A stretch of DNA of 61,758 bases from an uncultured Bacilli bacterium (GCA_947600335.1 CANQGB010000002.1:1-61758), one strand, 5' to 3'. Counted from the first letter of the stretch, positions 1-8,468 are shown. Notes: generated by a model not told the origin, from the sequence alone. A program made the numbers and translations.

Positions 1-85
1 CCCCCCCCAGACACATGCCTGCTATGCCTAGAGTGAGGAGAGTCTTCTTATATTTATTGTTTTTCTTGAATTTTTTCAATTCCAT
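1..85 (-). CDS. 5' end of an ORF running off the left edge. The N-terminus MELKKFKKNNKYKKTLLTLGIAGMCLGG looks like a signal peptide or membrane anchor
   Basis: ATG at 83-85 (minus) is preceded by an AAGGAGAG RBS (plus-strand 93-100) and a TTGTAA-17-TATAAT promoter further upstream. Only 28 codons are visible. The first 8 nt are a poly-C run that may be an artefact. Confidence 0.3.
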   Translation of the reverse strand, partial: MELKKFKKNNKYKKTLLTLGIAGMCLGG

Positions 86-276
86 ATTCTTTCTCTCCTT
101 CTATTTTTTATACCTTTATTATAATTTGTATTACTCTTAATTACAATATCTATATGGTACTTTCTTTACATTTATCAATTAACATAAAAGCCAAAAATAT
201 TTTGTCAGTTTAACGATTTTATAAAAAAAGCATTAATTTTTCAAAACTAATACTTTTTTATTCATAATAATAAATA

Positions 277-3200
277 TTATTTTTTTAACACTAAATTTAA
301 AGCATTTATCTCATCATATTTGCTCATTATTTGATATTCTTTTACATCTTCAATACTCAAACCTAAAGTATCTGCAATTATACTATCCGTTATATCAGAA
401 TTACTTAAAGCTAACAATTTTAAATAAATAAGTTTTTGCTCTTTTAAAGTTAATTCTTTTAAATAAGGTGCAAAATAATTAGAACTTAACAACATAGCAA
501 TATAAGTTGGATAATTAGTAGCAATATATAAAACTAATTTATTTACATCATAAATTTCTATATTATCAATTAAAGATGTTAAAACTGTATCTAATGAATA
601 TTGGTGAAGACTAATGATATTATCTATACTTAAACCATCTTGAATATCTCGATAAATAACTAAATCCGTTTTCAAAGTTTTATATTCTTCATATATTTCA
701 TTTTTATCAATTAAATTATCTTTTTCTTCACTTATTTGAGAAGCAATTATCTCCTTATTTAACCATAATTTTATATATCTAATACCATTATAAAAAATTT
801 TTTGCTCCTTTTTATTAAATTTACTTGTATTAACCATTGAATCAATACCATTATTTAATAAAGATTTTAAATTAATTAAAGATTTACTTTTCTTAGTTTT
901 AAAAATCAACTCCACTTTTTTTCTTAAAATAGCCAATTCTTCATTTTGATTTTTTTCTATATAGCTCATAAAAGATTTTGCTCTTTTATCATCCATATTT
1001 AGCCTTTTCGTTAAAATAACTAAACCTTTATTAAACAAATCTAAATCTTGCTGAGATAATTCATAAAATTTAATATTTGTTAACACTTTTTTATGTGTTA
1101 ATTTACTAATAATTGCATATTCGGGAAATTGATTATTAGCCAATTCTTCATAAACTTTTTGTTGAAGCTTTTGAACCTCTAAAAACTCCAAGTTTTGACT
1201 TGTTAAACATTCCAATAGATTTTTTATATTAAACTTAACTTTTATCTCATCTAGAGACAAGTCTAAATATCTTTTTAAAGATTTAACTCCATCCCGAAAT
1301 AATACTTTATCACTACGATTAAATTCTTTAAAATCTATTAAAGCCTTAATATCTCCCTGAGTTAAATTATTTATTAATTGATAATGTTTTACATTGCTAG
1401 CTACTTTATATTCCATAACAATTTGATATTTAACTTTTAACTCAGTTAATTCTTGTGATGTTAACTCACTTTCTGTTAAATAATCTAACATACATTTTTT
1501 TCTTTTTTTATAAATCCCACTTTGTAAAATTTTAGTTATTTGTTTAATTCCCACATAAAAGTTACTTCTTTGAATATTATTTTCAAACTTATCAATTGGT
1601 TTATGAATATCCCCATTTGTCACTGCAATAATTACTTGAGCATATTGATTTTCACAATCTCGATAATCTAATAATATTTGTTCTAACTTTCTCTCTAATT
1701 CACTTATTTCATCCTTACTTGCCTCTTGTTTAATAAAATAATCCATTAAAGTTAAAGACTTAATTTTACCATTAATTGTCTCGACAATTGTTTCTTTATC
1801 ATAAGATAAATATTGGCGAATTACTTTAATTACAGAATATAAATAATTTATTGTTGTTTTAGAAAGGTTTTTCAAAACTATTTCTGAATCTAAACCATTC
1901 GTTAAGATTGTCTGTATTTTTTTAAAAGGAACGCTATTTTCTAAAGCCATAATTAATTCTACTTTTTCCCTAATAATGTTCTTTTGTTCTAATGACATGT
2001 CTTCATTGACAAAATAACTTAGAAAAGTTTTACTTTTTTTCTTTTTGTCTTTAACTTTTTTCTTAGATTTTAATTTTAATGTTAATTCTTCCAAGCTTAA
2101 ATCAATATATTTGGCAATTATTTTTCGACAATTTTTTAATGTATATTTTTGCTCACGCGTTAATTTTAACGATTTAACATCTGTTTCTACCCCATTAATC
2201 AAAATTTGCTCTAATTCACTAAACGATACTACTTGTTTCTTAATTTCCAAATCTATTATTAATTTAATCTTTTGCTTAATTAAGTCTTGTTCTTCTAAAG
2301 TCATATCTTCATTTATAAAATAATCTAGAAAAATTTTAGTTTTTATCTTTATTGCTTTAGGCTTAGTTGCTAATTTTATTGCTATTTCTTCTAAGCTTAA
2401 ATCGATATATTTTGCAATTATCATTTGACATTTTCTTAATGTATATTTTTGCTCATCCGTTAAAGTTATTAAATTAACATTGGTATCTAAACCATCAGGA
2501 AAAATATGCCTAAATATTACAAAAGAATTAACTTGCTTTTTTATTTTCAACTCTATTATCAAATTTACTTTTTGCCTAATTAAATCTTGTTCTTCTAAAG
2601 TCATACTATCATTTACAAAGTAATCTAAAAGCGTTTGTAATTTCTTTTTTATTTTAACCGGAGACTCATATTCTTTTTTTAATTCATTTATATCCTTATT
2701 CAAATATTTTTTAATAAGCCGATTACAACTATAAACTACATTGATATTTTGGATTTCGGAAATGCTTGTTTCTAATCCATTTGCTAACATTTGTTTCAAG
2801 TCTATGAACGACTTAACTTGCTTTTTTATTTTTATATCTATTATCAAATTTACTTTTTGCTTAATTAACTCTTGTTCTTCTAAAGTCATATTATCATTTA
2901 CAAAGTAACTCATAAAAGTTTTATCTTTATTTTTAATTTTAAGATTTACTTTTAATATTATTTTTATTTCTTCTGGACTTAAATTAATATACTTTTTAAT
3001 AGTTTTCTTACATTTATTTAATATACATTTTTGTTCATTAGTTAATTTTTTTAGATTAATATTTGTTTCCAATCCATTGGTCAAAATTTGTTTCAATAAT
3101 ATAAAAGACTCAACTTGTTTTTTAATCTCTCCCTCAATTATCAAATTTAATTTTGCCTTAACCAAATCCTGTTCTTCTACAGACATATTATCTGTTATAA

Positions 3201-3918
3201 AGTATTCCCAAAAAATCTCAGTATTTCTAATATTATTATTTTCTTTTAAAGCAGATTTAGTAATTTCCTTTTTAACAGGTATTTCTTTAACTCTTGTACT
3301 TTTATATTCTTTAAGCAACTTAGGCATTTCTTTAATTACATTATCCACATATTTTAAAACTTTAGTTTCTGCAACCCCTAAAATTTGACTAACCTCTTCC
3401 AAATTCTTTTTTTCTGTATGAATGCCATAATAATATTTAAAGGCAATTCTTTCATCTTGATTCTCATGTAGCATTAAAGCATTACTTAAAACATCTTCGC
3501 TTGCTTGAAGCATTCTTATCAATTGTGTTTTTGAAACTATAGAATCTGAATTTTTAAAAGCATCTTTTTCTTTACTTAAAATATTTTTTTGATAAGCTAT
3601 TAATTCACTATCATTTTTATCTAAAATGATATGCTCAATTACTACTAAAGACTTATTTTCTTTTTCTTGTAAAATCAGCATGAATTTTAACAATTCTTCA
3701 ATTCGAAATAAGATACTATCTAATTTAAAATCATCAGCATAAGAAAATATTATCATATCTCGGTCTTTTCCATCAAACTTTGGTCCAAATTTCTTTTGTA
3801 ATAATTCCATTGAGCTTTTGGCTTTTCTAAAACGTTTAAGAACTATATCGATAAATTCTTTAGGATAATCTTTAAATAATTCATACAATGATTTTACTTG
3901 TTTATTATACTTCATCAT
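277..3918 (-). CDS. Giant (1213 aa) internally repetitive protein of unknown function. It has an N-terminal ~235-aa domain ending in a sigma-70 region-4-like HTH, nine tandem 82-102 aa modules, and a C-terminal ~140-aa domain with a second region-4-like HTH
   Basis: Uninterrupted ORF with an AGAGGT RBS 5 nt before the ATG. N-terminal segment ERIAFKYYYGIHTEKKNLEEVSQILGVAETKVLKYVDNVIKEM and C-terminal segment LKEQKLIYLKLLALSNSDITDSIIADTLGLSIEDVKEY both resemble sigma region 4. Modules start near aa 235, 334, 429, 529, 631, 722, 809, 900 and 982. Confidence 0.85.
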   Translation of the reverse strand: MMKYNKQVKSLYELFKDYPKEFIDIVLKRFRKAKSSMELLQKKFGPKFDGKDRDMIIFSYADDFKLDSILFRIEELLKFMLILQEKENKSLVVIEHIILDKNDSELIAYQKNILSKEKDAFKNSDSIVSKTQLIRMLQASEDVLSNALMLHENQDERIAFKYYYGIHTEKKNLEEVSQILGVAETKVLKYVDNVIKEMPKLLKEYKSTRVKEIPVKKEITKSALKENNNIRNTEIFWEYFITDNMSVEEQDLVKAKLNLIIEGEIKKQVESFILLKQILTNGLETNINLKKLTNEQKCILNKCKKTIKKYINLSPEEIKIILKVNLKIKNKDKTFMSYFVNDNMTLEEQELIKQKVNLIIDIKIKKQVKSFIDLKQMLANGLETSISEIQNINVVYSCNRLIKKYLNKDINELKKEYESPVKIKKKLQTLLDYFVNDSMTLEEQDLIRQKVNLIIELKIKKQVNSFVIFRHIFPDGLDTNVNLITLTDEQKYTLRKCQMIIAKYIDLSLEEIAIKLATKPKAIKIKTKIFLDYFINEDMTLEEQDLIKQKIKLIIDLEIKKQVVSFSELEQILINGVETDVKSLKLTREQKYTLKNCRKIIAKYIDLSLEELTLKLKSKKKVKDKKKKSKTFLSYFVNEDMSLEQKNIIREKVELIMALENSVPFKKIQTILTNGLDSEIVLKNLSKTTINYLYSVIKVIRQYLSYDKETIVETINGKIKSLTLMDYFIKQEASKDEISELERKLEQILLDYRDCENQYAQVIIAVTNGDIHKPIDKFENNIQRSNFYVGIKQITKILQSGIYKKRKKCMLDYLTESELTSQELTELKVKYQIVMEYKVASNVKHYQLINNLTQGDIKALIDFKEFNRSDKVLFRDGVKSLKRYLDLSLDEIKVKFNIKNLLECLTSQNLEFLEVQKLQQKVYEELANNQFPEYAIISKLTHKKVLTNIKFYELSQQDLDLFNKGLVILTKRLNMDDKRAKSFMSYIEKNQNEELAILRKKVELIFKTKKSKSLINLKSLLNNGIDSMVNTSKFNKKEQKIFYNGIRYIKLWLNKEIIASQISEEKDNLIDKNEIYEEYKTLKTDLVIYRDIQDGLSIDNIISLHQYSLDTVLTSLIDNIEIYDVNKLVLYIATNYPTYIAMLLSSNYFAPYLKELTLKEQKLIYLKLLALSNSDITDSIIADTLGLSIEDVKEYQIMSKYDEINALNLVLKK
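700..3216 (-). repeat. In-frame tandem coding repeats (9 modules). Modules 1-4 (about 2029-3216) are still recognisable at the DNA level with a 287-305 bp period
   Basis: The string (g)ttcttctaaagtcat... recurs near 2290, 2590 and 2877, with diverged copies near 1985 and 3172. Protein motif: F(L/M)xYF(V/I)N(D/E)xM(T/S)LEEQxLIxQK(V/I)xLIIxxxIKKQV...LTxEQKxxLxxCxxxIxKYIxLSxEEI. Confidence 0.8.
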
Positions 3919-3931
3919 TTCTACCTCTTTT

Positions 3932-3983
3932 CAAAAAAACATTCAAAATAATAGGTTAGATTACCTAATAATTTGAATGTTTT
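3932..3983 (-). terminator. Long hairpin plus U-tract lying between the DUF362 stop and the RBS of the giant gene. It is either a terminator or a leader attenuator
   Basis: Arms 3937-3956 and 3963-3982 pair at 18 of 20 positions (AAACATTCAAAATAATAGGT / ACCTAATAATTTGAATGTTT) around a 6-nt loop. The plus-strand A7 run 3933-3939 is the U-run on the minus transcript and ends about 14 nt before the giant gene's start codon. Confidence 0.55.
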
Positions 3984-4063
3984 AAATTTTTAAATATTAT
4001 CTCAACTATTTTAGCCACCTAAAAATAGGTTAGCACAAATTTAACCGCGTTGCAATTATTTTC

Positions 4064-4945
4064 TTAGGCAATTTCAATTAATTCGTATTCCTTATTTCCT
4101 ATTCCTAAGTCATATGCCGCATCTATGGTATGAGTTCCATGTCGCGAATTAATTCTTTCTAATAAATGGTCTTTCCCAGCATCTTGCGAATTCTTAACTA
4201 AATCAATACATGCTTGGTCAATAGCTACTGGGTCTAAGGATGCTAAAATTCCAATATCTTGCATACAAGGGTCTTCTGCCGTAGCACAGCAATCACAATC
4301 AACAGACATATTAGCCATGATATTTATATAAGCAATTCTATCTTGAAAATGCTTTGTAATTGATGAAGCCGCATCGGCCATGGCTTCTAAAAATTTATCT
4401 TGATCGACTTGAAACATTTCTTCATAAGTTCCATTTTCTTTTCCTACACAATGAATATATCTTTTGCCTACACTTGAAGAAACCCCAATAGAAAGTTGTT
4501 TCAAAGCTCCACCATAACCACCCATTGGATGTCCTTTAAAATGCGATAAAACTAACATTGAATCATAGTTTTCTAAATGACTACCTACATAATTTTTCTT
4601 AATTACCTTGCCGTTAGGAATTTCCAAAACTACCTTGGCATTTTCTCCATCCATAATGTCGACATCAAAATATTTGCTCCAACCATGCTCTTGCATTAAT
4701 ACCTCATGTTTTGCGGTGGTATCTCTTGCTCCATCATAAGCCGTATTACATTCAACAACGGTTCCGTTAACATAATCAATCATGGGTTTTAAAAATTCTG
4801 GTTTTAAATAATTTTGATTACCAGCTTCTCCTGAATGCACCTTAACAGCCACTTTTCCCGGCAAATTTATTCCTAATTGTTGATAAAGTTTAACAACATT
4901 TTCTTTCGTTAAATTTTTGGTAAAATACACTTTAGCTTTTTCCAT
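4064..4945 (-). CDS. DUF362-like protein with a Cys-rich motif (putative Fe-S binding)
   Basis: 293-aa ORF with a GAAGG RBS. The N-terminus MEKAKVYFTK...VAVKVHSGE and the motif SVDCDCCATAEDPC recall the DUF362 family. Assigned from memory, not searched. Confidence 0.55.
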   Translation of the reverse strand: MEKAKVYFTKNLTKENVVKLYQQLGINLPGKVAVKVHSGEAGNQNYLKPEFLKPMIDYVNGTVVECNTAYDGARDTTAKHEVLMQEHGWSKYFDVDIMDGENAKVVLEIPNGKVIKKNYVGSHLENYDSMLVLSHFKGHPMGGYGGALKQLSIGVSSSVGKRYIHCVGKENGTYEEMFQVDQDKFLEAMADAASSITKHFQDRIAYINIMANMSVDCDCCATAEDPCMQDIGILASLDPVAIDQACIDLVKNSQDAGKDHLLERINSRHGTHTIDAAYDLGIGNKEYELIEIA

Positions 4946-4992
4946 CTATTAACCTTCTTTCTATCTAATAGTATAGCATACTTTCTCCAAAT

Positions 4993-5613
4993 TCATTTAC
5001 TTTTTTCCTCATCTTTTTGCCAAATCAACAGATAACGATTATACAAGCCATATTTAATCTTCGCATTCGGTAAATATTTTTGGGCTAATTTTCTTATGGT
5101 CGTTAACGTTGAAAACTGATAACTAGTCGGAATATTTAACTCTTCACTTGTCTGATTATGATGAAAAAATGTCCCGATTTGACAAGGAATAAACCGGGCT
5201 ATCTCCACTAAATAATCTAATACTGTACTCGATTTATATAACCCAACTATTAGCAAAATTCCCTTATTTTTTAATAATTCTTTAGCTTTTTTAATTGCTT
5301 CTTTTTCCTTCATATGATGGATTGAAGCTACAAAAGTTATTGCTTCAAACTTCTTATCACTTTTAAAATCTGTTAAAGAACTTTCTTTAAAAATAACATT
5401 TGACTTAATTAATGCTTTCTCTTTTGCTCTTTTAACACAATCTTTATCTGTATCAATTCCTACGATAGTTTTACCTTCATCGGCTAAATACAAAGCTAAA
5501 GTCCCATCCCCACAGCCGACATCTAAAATACTTTGACAATTTTCTAACTGTTTTTTAATCCACTTATAATAAGCCGCGTTATGATTCCAAAAAGGCAATT
5601 TCGTATCTTTCAT
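4993..5613 (-). CDS. Class I SAM-dependent methyltransferase
   Basis: Motif I ILDVGCGDGTLALYLA followed by an acidic residue (GIDTD). AAGGTGAG RBS. Confidence 0.75.
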   Translation of the reverse strand: MKDTKLPFWNHNAAYYKWIKKQLENCQSILDVGCGDGTLALYLADEGKTIVGIDTDKDCVKRAKEKALIKSNVIFKESSLTDFKSDKKFEAITFVASIHHMKEKEAIKKAKELLKNKGILLIVGLYKSSTVLDYLVEIARFIPCQIGTFFHHNQTSEELNIPTSYQFSTLTTIRKLAQKYLPNAKIKYGLYNRYLLIWQKDEEKSK

Positions 5614-5650
5614 CTTCTCACCTTCTTTATTGTACTAAAAAAACAATCCT

Positions 5651-6394
5651 TTATAAAGATTGTCCTTTTTTCGTAGTTCTAGTTTTTTTCTTTGGTGCAC
5701 TACTAGTCTTACTTAATTTAATTACTTGAGCATTACTTTGTTCCATTTGTTCTAATTTAGCATAAATTTTTTCATATTGTTTATGATCAGCTCTTAAAAT
5801 TAAACAACCAGTTATCGAAATCCAAACTACAATAATACAAATACCTAAAATTATTAAATTTTTATTATCACTTCTAGAATTTAGTTTTTCTTCAGCTTTT
5901 TTAGCTTCTTCCATTTTTGTAAAAACATCATATCTTTCTTTTTTAGGCGTATTATATAATTCGGTAATAGCACTCTTTATTTGTTCATCATAAGAGTTTG
6001 AATAACCAGGGAATACTTTATCTCCAATTATAATATAAGGTACTCCACCCGCTGGATTTCCTAAAAAGTTAGATACTTCGGTTAAAAGTTGAGAATTCTT
6101 ACTATCATTCCATACCTCAAAAGACTTAACCTTAAAATACTTACCATATTCATCTGTAATACTATTCATAAAATTTAAAAATCTTTGACAAAAGCCACAA
6201 CCTTTACCGCGGAATAAATAAATTGTTATTTGATCATCATTTTCTTGATAATTTGTAAATGCTTCTTCAATAGACTCTTCTTTTAAAGTTTCTTGAAAGT
6301 TTAAAGTCTTATACTCTTCTTCTGCCCAAACATTAATTGGCCAAATTAGAAAATTTAATAAAACAACTAACATTAATATAACATTCTTTTTCAC
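5651..6394 (-). CDS. Exported thioredoxin-fold protein (CGFC active site) with a C-terminal TM anchor and a Lys-rich tail
   Basis: The motif FRGKGCGFCQRF is a CxxC site. There is an N-terminal signal-like segment and a C-terminal helix LIILGICIIVVWISITGCLIL. The likely start is the GTG at 6394 behind a GGAAGTGA RBS; the ORF track extends to 6418. Confidence 0.65.
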   Translation of the reverse strand: MKKNVILMLVVLLNFLIWPINVWAEEEYKTLNFQETLKEESIEEAFTNYQENDDQITIYLFRGKGCGFCQRFLNFMNSITDEYGKYFKVKSFEVWNDSKNSQLLTEVSNFLGNPAGGVPYIIIGDKVFPGYSNSYDEQIKSAITELYNTPKKERYDVFTKMEEAKKAEEKLNSRSDNKNLIILGICIIVVWISITGCLILRADHKQYEKIYAKLEQMEQSNAQVIKLSKTSSAPKKKTRTTKKGQSL

Positions 6395-6440
6395 AAAATC
6401 ACTTCCTAATAGATACAATTATACCACGCATTACTTAAAT

Positions 6441-7442
6441 TTAATACTTTTTCTTCACAATCATATCATCATATGCTTCTAATTGTTTAGGATTTAAATA
6501 ACCATCATCTATCGCTTTTTTAATATTCATTTTTAAACCATTTAATTCCAACCTAATTAAGACATTTTTACTATCATGATTTTTTAAATAATACTTATAA
6601 TCTTTATCTTGATAAATTAATTCGTTATTTTCTATATCTTCATCTTGGTAATCATATACATTAAAAAATAAATAACTCGTTTCTTGTTCGATTAATTTGC
6701 GAAAATCAAAACCATTAGTAACCGAATAATAAGCACATCCACCCAGTTGACTTTCTAAGTTTAACCTTTTGCCATCGCTCCAAAACCAAATAGAATCTAA
6801 CAGTTTATCTTCATTATACATTTCAAACTTAAAATTAGTCCCATCACAAAGGAATACCTCACCATATTGTTTACTAGTTTTAACGGCTTCCACTACTTGG
6901 GCAATTTGTTCTGGACTTGTAATCGCGCCTAAAACTTTATCCCCATTTTTAATTTCTATCTTCGTTGTATCTTGCAAACTATCAACTAAAGCACTATCCA
7001 TTTCTTTATTTTTTACTTCTCTTTTTTTATCTGTTACAAAACATTGGTCTAATTCTTTTAAATCTAAATCATTCTTGCGATTATCAAAATACACAACATA
7101 TTCATTATGTAAATAAGTTTGAAATATATTATCATCTTTATTAAAATATAAATCCATATCTTTTAATAGCTCATATGAAGCATCTTTTAAAACAACATAA
7201 ATATCTTCTTCAGTATTTTTAACTGCTTTAAATATCTTAACAGTTTCTTCATTTGTAAAAGTATCTAAGTTTACCTCTTCTAAATTATTTTTTTCACTCG
7301 CTAAATAGCCCCCTAATTTATTTTCTAAACAGGATACTATCTCTTCATCAGTTAGTTCATCACTAATCATTTCTTGAGTCTTTTCTTTACATCCAACCAC
7401 TAAAAAAGAAAACATTATTAAAAATACAATTTTTTTCACCAT
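6441..7442 (-). CDS. Lipoprotein, function unknown
   Basis: The signal peptide MVKKIVFLIMFSFLVVGC has a lipobox Cys. AAGGAG RBS. Confidence 0.7.
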   Translation of the reverse strand: MVKKIVFLIMFSFLVVGCKEKTQEMISDELTDEEIVSCLENKLGGYLASEKNNLEEVNLDTFTNEETVKIFKAVKNTEEDIYVVLKDASYELLKDMDLYFNKDDNIFQTYLHNEYVVYFDNRKNDLDLKELDQCFVTDKKREVKNKEMDSALVDSLQDTTKIEIKNGDKVLGAITSPEQIAQVVEAVKTSKQYGEVFLCDGTNFKFEMYNEDKLLDSIWFWSDGKRLNLESQLGGCAYYSVTNGFDFRKLIEQETSYLFFNVYDYQDEDIENNELIYQDKDYKYYLKNHDSKNVLIRLELNGLKMNIKKAIDDGYLNPKQLEAYDDMIVKKKY

Positions 7443-7459
7443 TTCGGATAACTCCTTTA

Positions 7460-7981
7460 TTATTTATTAGCTAATTTTCTTACTAAAGTACCAGGATTAT
7501 GAAAACATTCATTAAACAAATTAGATGTTTCATAATTAAAAAATATTTCTTGATAATTAATTACATTACCATTTAAATTATAAATAGCCATTCTATTCAA
7601 TTTAGTATAATCAAAAGGTTTTTGAATAAAATAAAAATTTTTCATATCTCGTGAAATAATTGCAATATCTAAAGTAAAAGTCTCATAACATCCTTTCCAT
7701 TTAGGATAATATGAAAAAGCCAAGTAATTTAGATCTAATAATGTTTCTAACTTTTTAATTGGATCATTTAAAGGCGGATTTACATCCATATTAGCCAATA
7801 TATCTTTTAATTCTTCTAATAATTCTAATTTTTCGTTGCTATCTTCATAGCTATTAATTTTATATATCATTCTTTCAATATCTGTATAAATAATTTTTTG
7901 ATATTCAAAATAATTATCTAGTTCTTCTTTACTACATAAATCTATATCATTGGTATAATAATTTAAATGTTTTAATTCCAT
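7460..7981 (-). CDS. Hypothetical protein (173 aa)
   Basis: ORF only, with a weak RBS and no motif I recognise. Confidence 0.5.
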   Translation of the reverse strand: MELKHLNYYTNDIDLCSKEELDNYFEYQKIIYTDIERMIYKINSYEDSNEKLELLEELKDILANMDVNPPLNDPIKKLETLLDLNYLAFSYYPKWKGCYETFTLDIAIISRDMKNFYFIQKPFDYTKLNRMAIYNLNGNVINYQEIFFNYETSNLFNECFHNPGTLVRKLANK

Positions 7982-8143
7982 TTTAACTGCCTACTTTCTA
8001 ATTAAAGCCATTATAACATAAATATTTAATTATACCCCAAAATTTTTTTTCTACTTTACTATTTTAAATTTAAAGTTTTAATTATTTCTATAGCATTCCA
8101 TTTAAGTGTGTTTCCTAAATTGTCAAAGTTTAATATAAAAGCA

Positions 8144-8172
8144 TTGTATTAAGAACAAATGTTCGATATAAT
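8144..8172 (+). promoter_or_regulatory. Sigma-A-type promoter TTGTAT-17 nt-TATAAT driving the small ORF at 8234
   Basis: The -35 is at 8144-8149, the -10 at 8167-8172, and the spacer is exactly 17 nt. Confidence 0.6.
8152..8165. promoter_or_regulatory. LexA (SOS/Cheo) box AGAACAAATGTTCG
   Basis: GAAC-N4-GTTC palindrome plus the 3' flanking G. It fits the Firmicute consensus CGAACRNRYGTTCG at every position except the first, and it lies inside the promoter spacer. Confidence 0.7.
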
Positions 8173-8233
8173 TTTATTGGGAGCATTTAATAGTTGGGTG
8201 ATTGCCAAACTTCATAAAGAAGGGAGGCGATAT

Positions 8234-8317
8234 ATGAACAAGAAGGATTTTTTAATTCTATCTTTAGTAATTCTTATCTTCCTATTAGTATTATTACTAT
8301 TTATAGTTTTAATATAA
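8234..8317 (+). CDS. Unannotated 27-aa hydrophobic peptide MNKKDFLILSLVILIFLLVLLLFIVLI. Candidate type I toxin or SOS-induced membrane peptide
   Basis: The RBS GAAGGGAGG (8219-8227) sits 6 nt before the ATG. The peptide is a basic N-terminus plus a single TM-length helix. A promoter lies upstream and a terminator downstream. It is too short for the supplied ORF track. Confidence 0.5.
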   Translation: MNKKDFLILSLVILIFLLVLLLFIVLI

Positions 8318-8371
8318 AAAGAAAATCACCTAACTCAGCAATGATTTAGGTGAAACCAAAATTATATTGGC

Positions 8372-8406
8372 AACACTCAACATGCGATATTGAATGTTCC
8401 TTTTTT
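8372..8406 (+). terminator. Rho-independent terminator of the small-ORF transcript
   Basis: Stem AACACTCAA / TTGAATGTT (9 bp, 1 mismatch) with a 9-nt loop, followed by CC and a T6 run. Confidence 0.6.
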
Positions 8407-8444
8407 ATTTTATGCAAGTTTCCTTGACAAATACATAATAACAT

Positions 8445-8468
8445 AAAAACGCACTTTTATCAAGTACG
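8445..8468 (-). terminator. Terminator downstream of tRNA-Met
   Basis: The minus strand reads CGTACTT-GATA-AAGTGCG (7 bp including one G-U pair) followed by TTTTT. Confidence 0.5.

Noticed and set aside
1-8. A run of eight C residues at the very start of an otherwise AT-rich window
   Set aside because: It sits exactly at the contig boundary. It is most simply a sequencing or assembly (homopolymer or adapter) artefact, not a biological feature.
2045-3388. Plus-strand ORFs 2045-2323 and 3077-3388, antisense to the giant repeat gene
   Set aside because: These are shadow ORFs created by the repetitive, codon-biased minus-strand gene. They lack RBSs and their products are low-complexity S/F/L/I strings.
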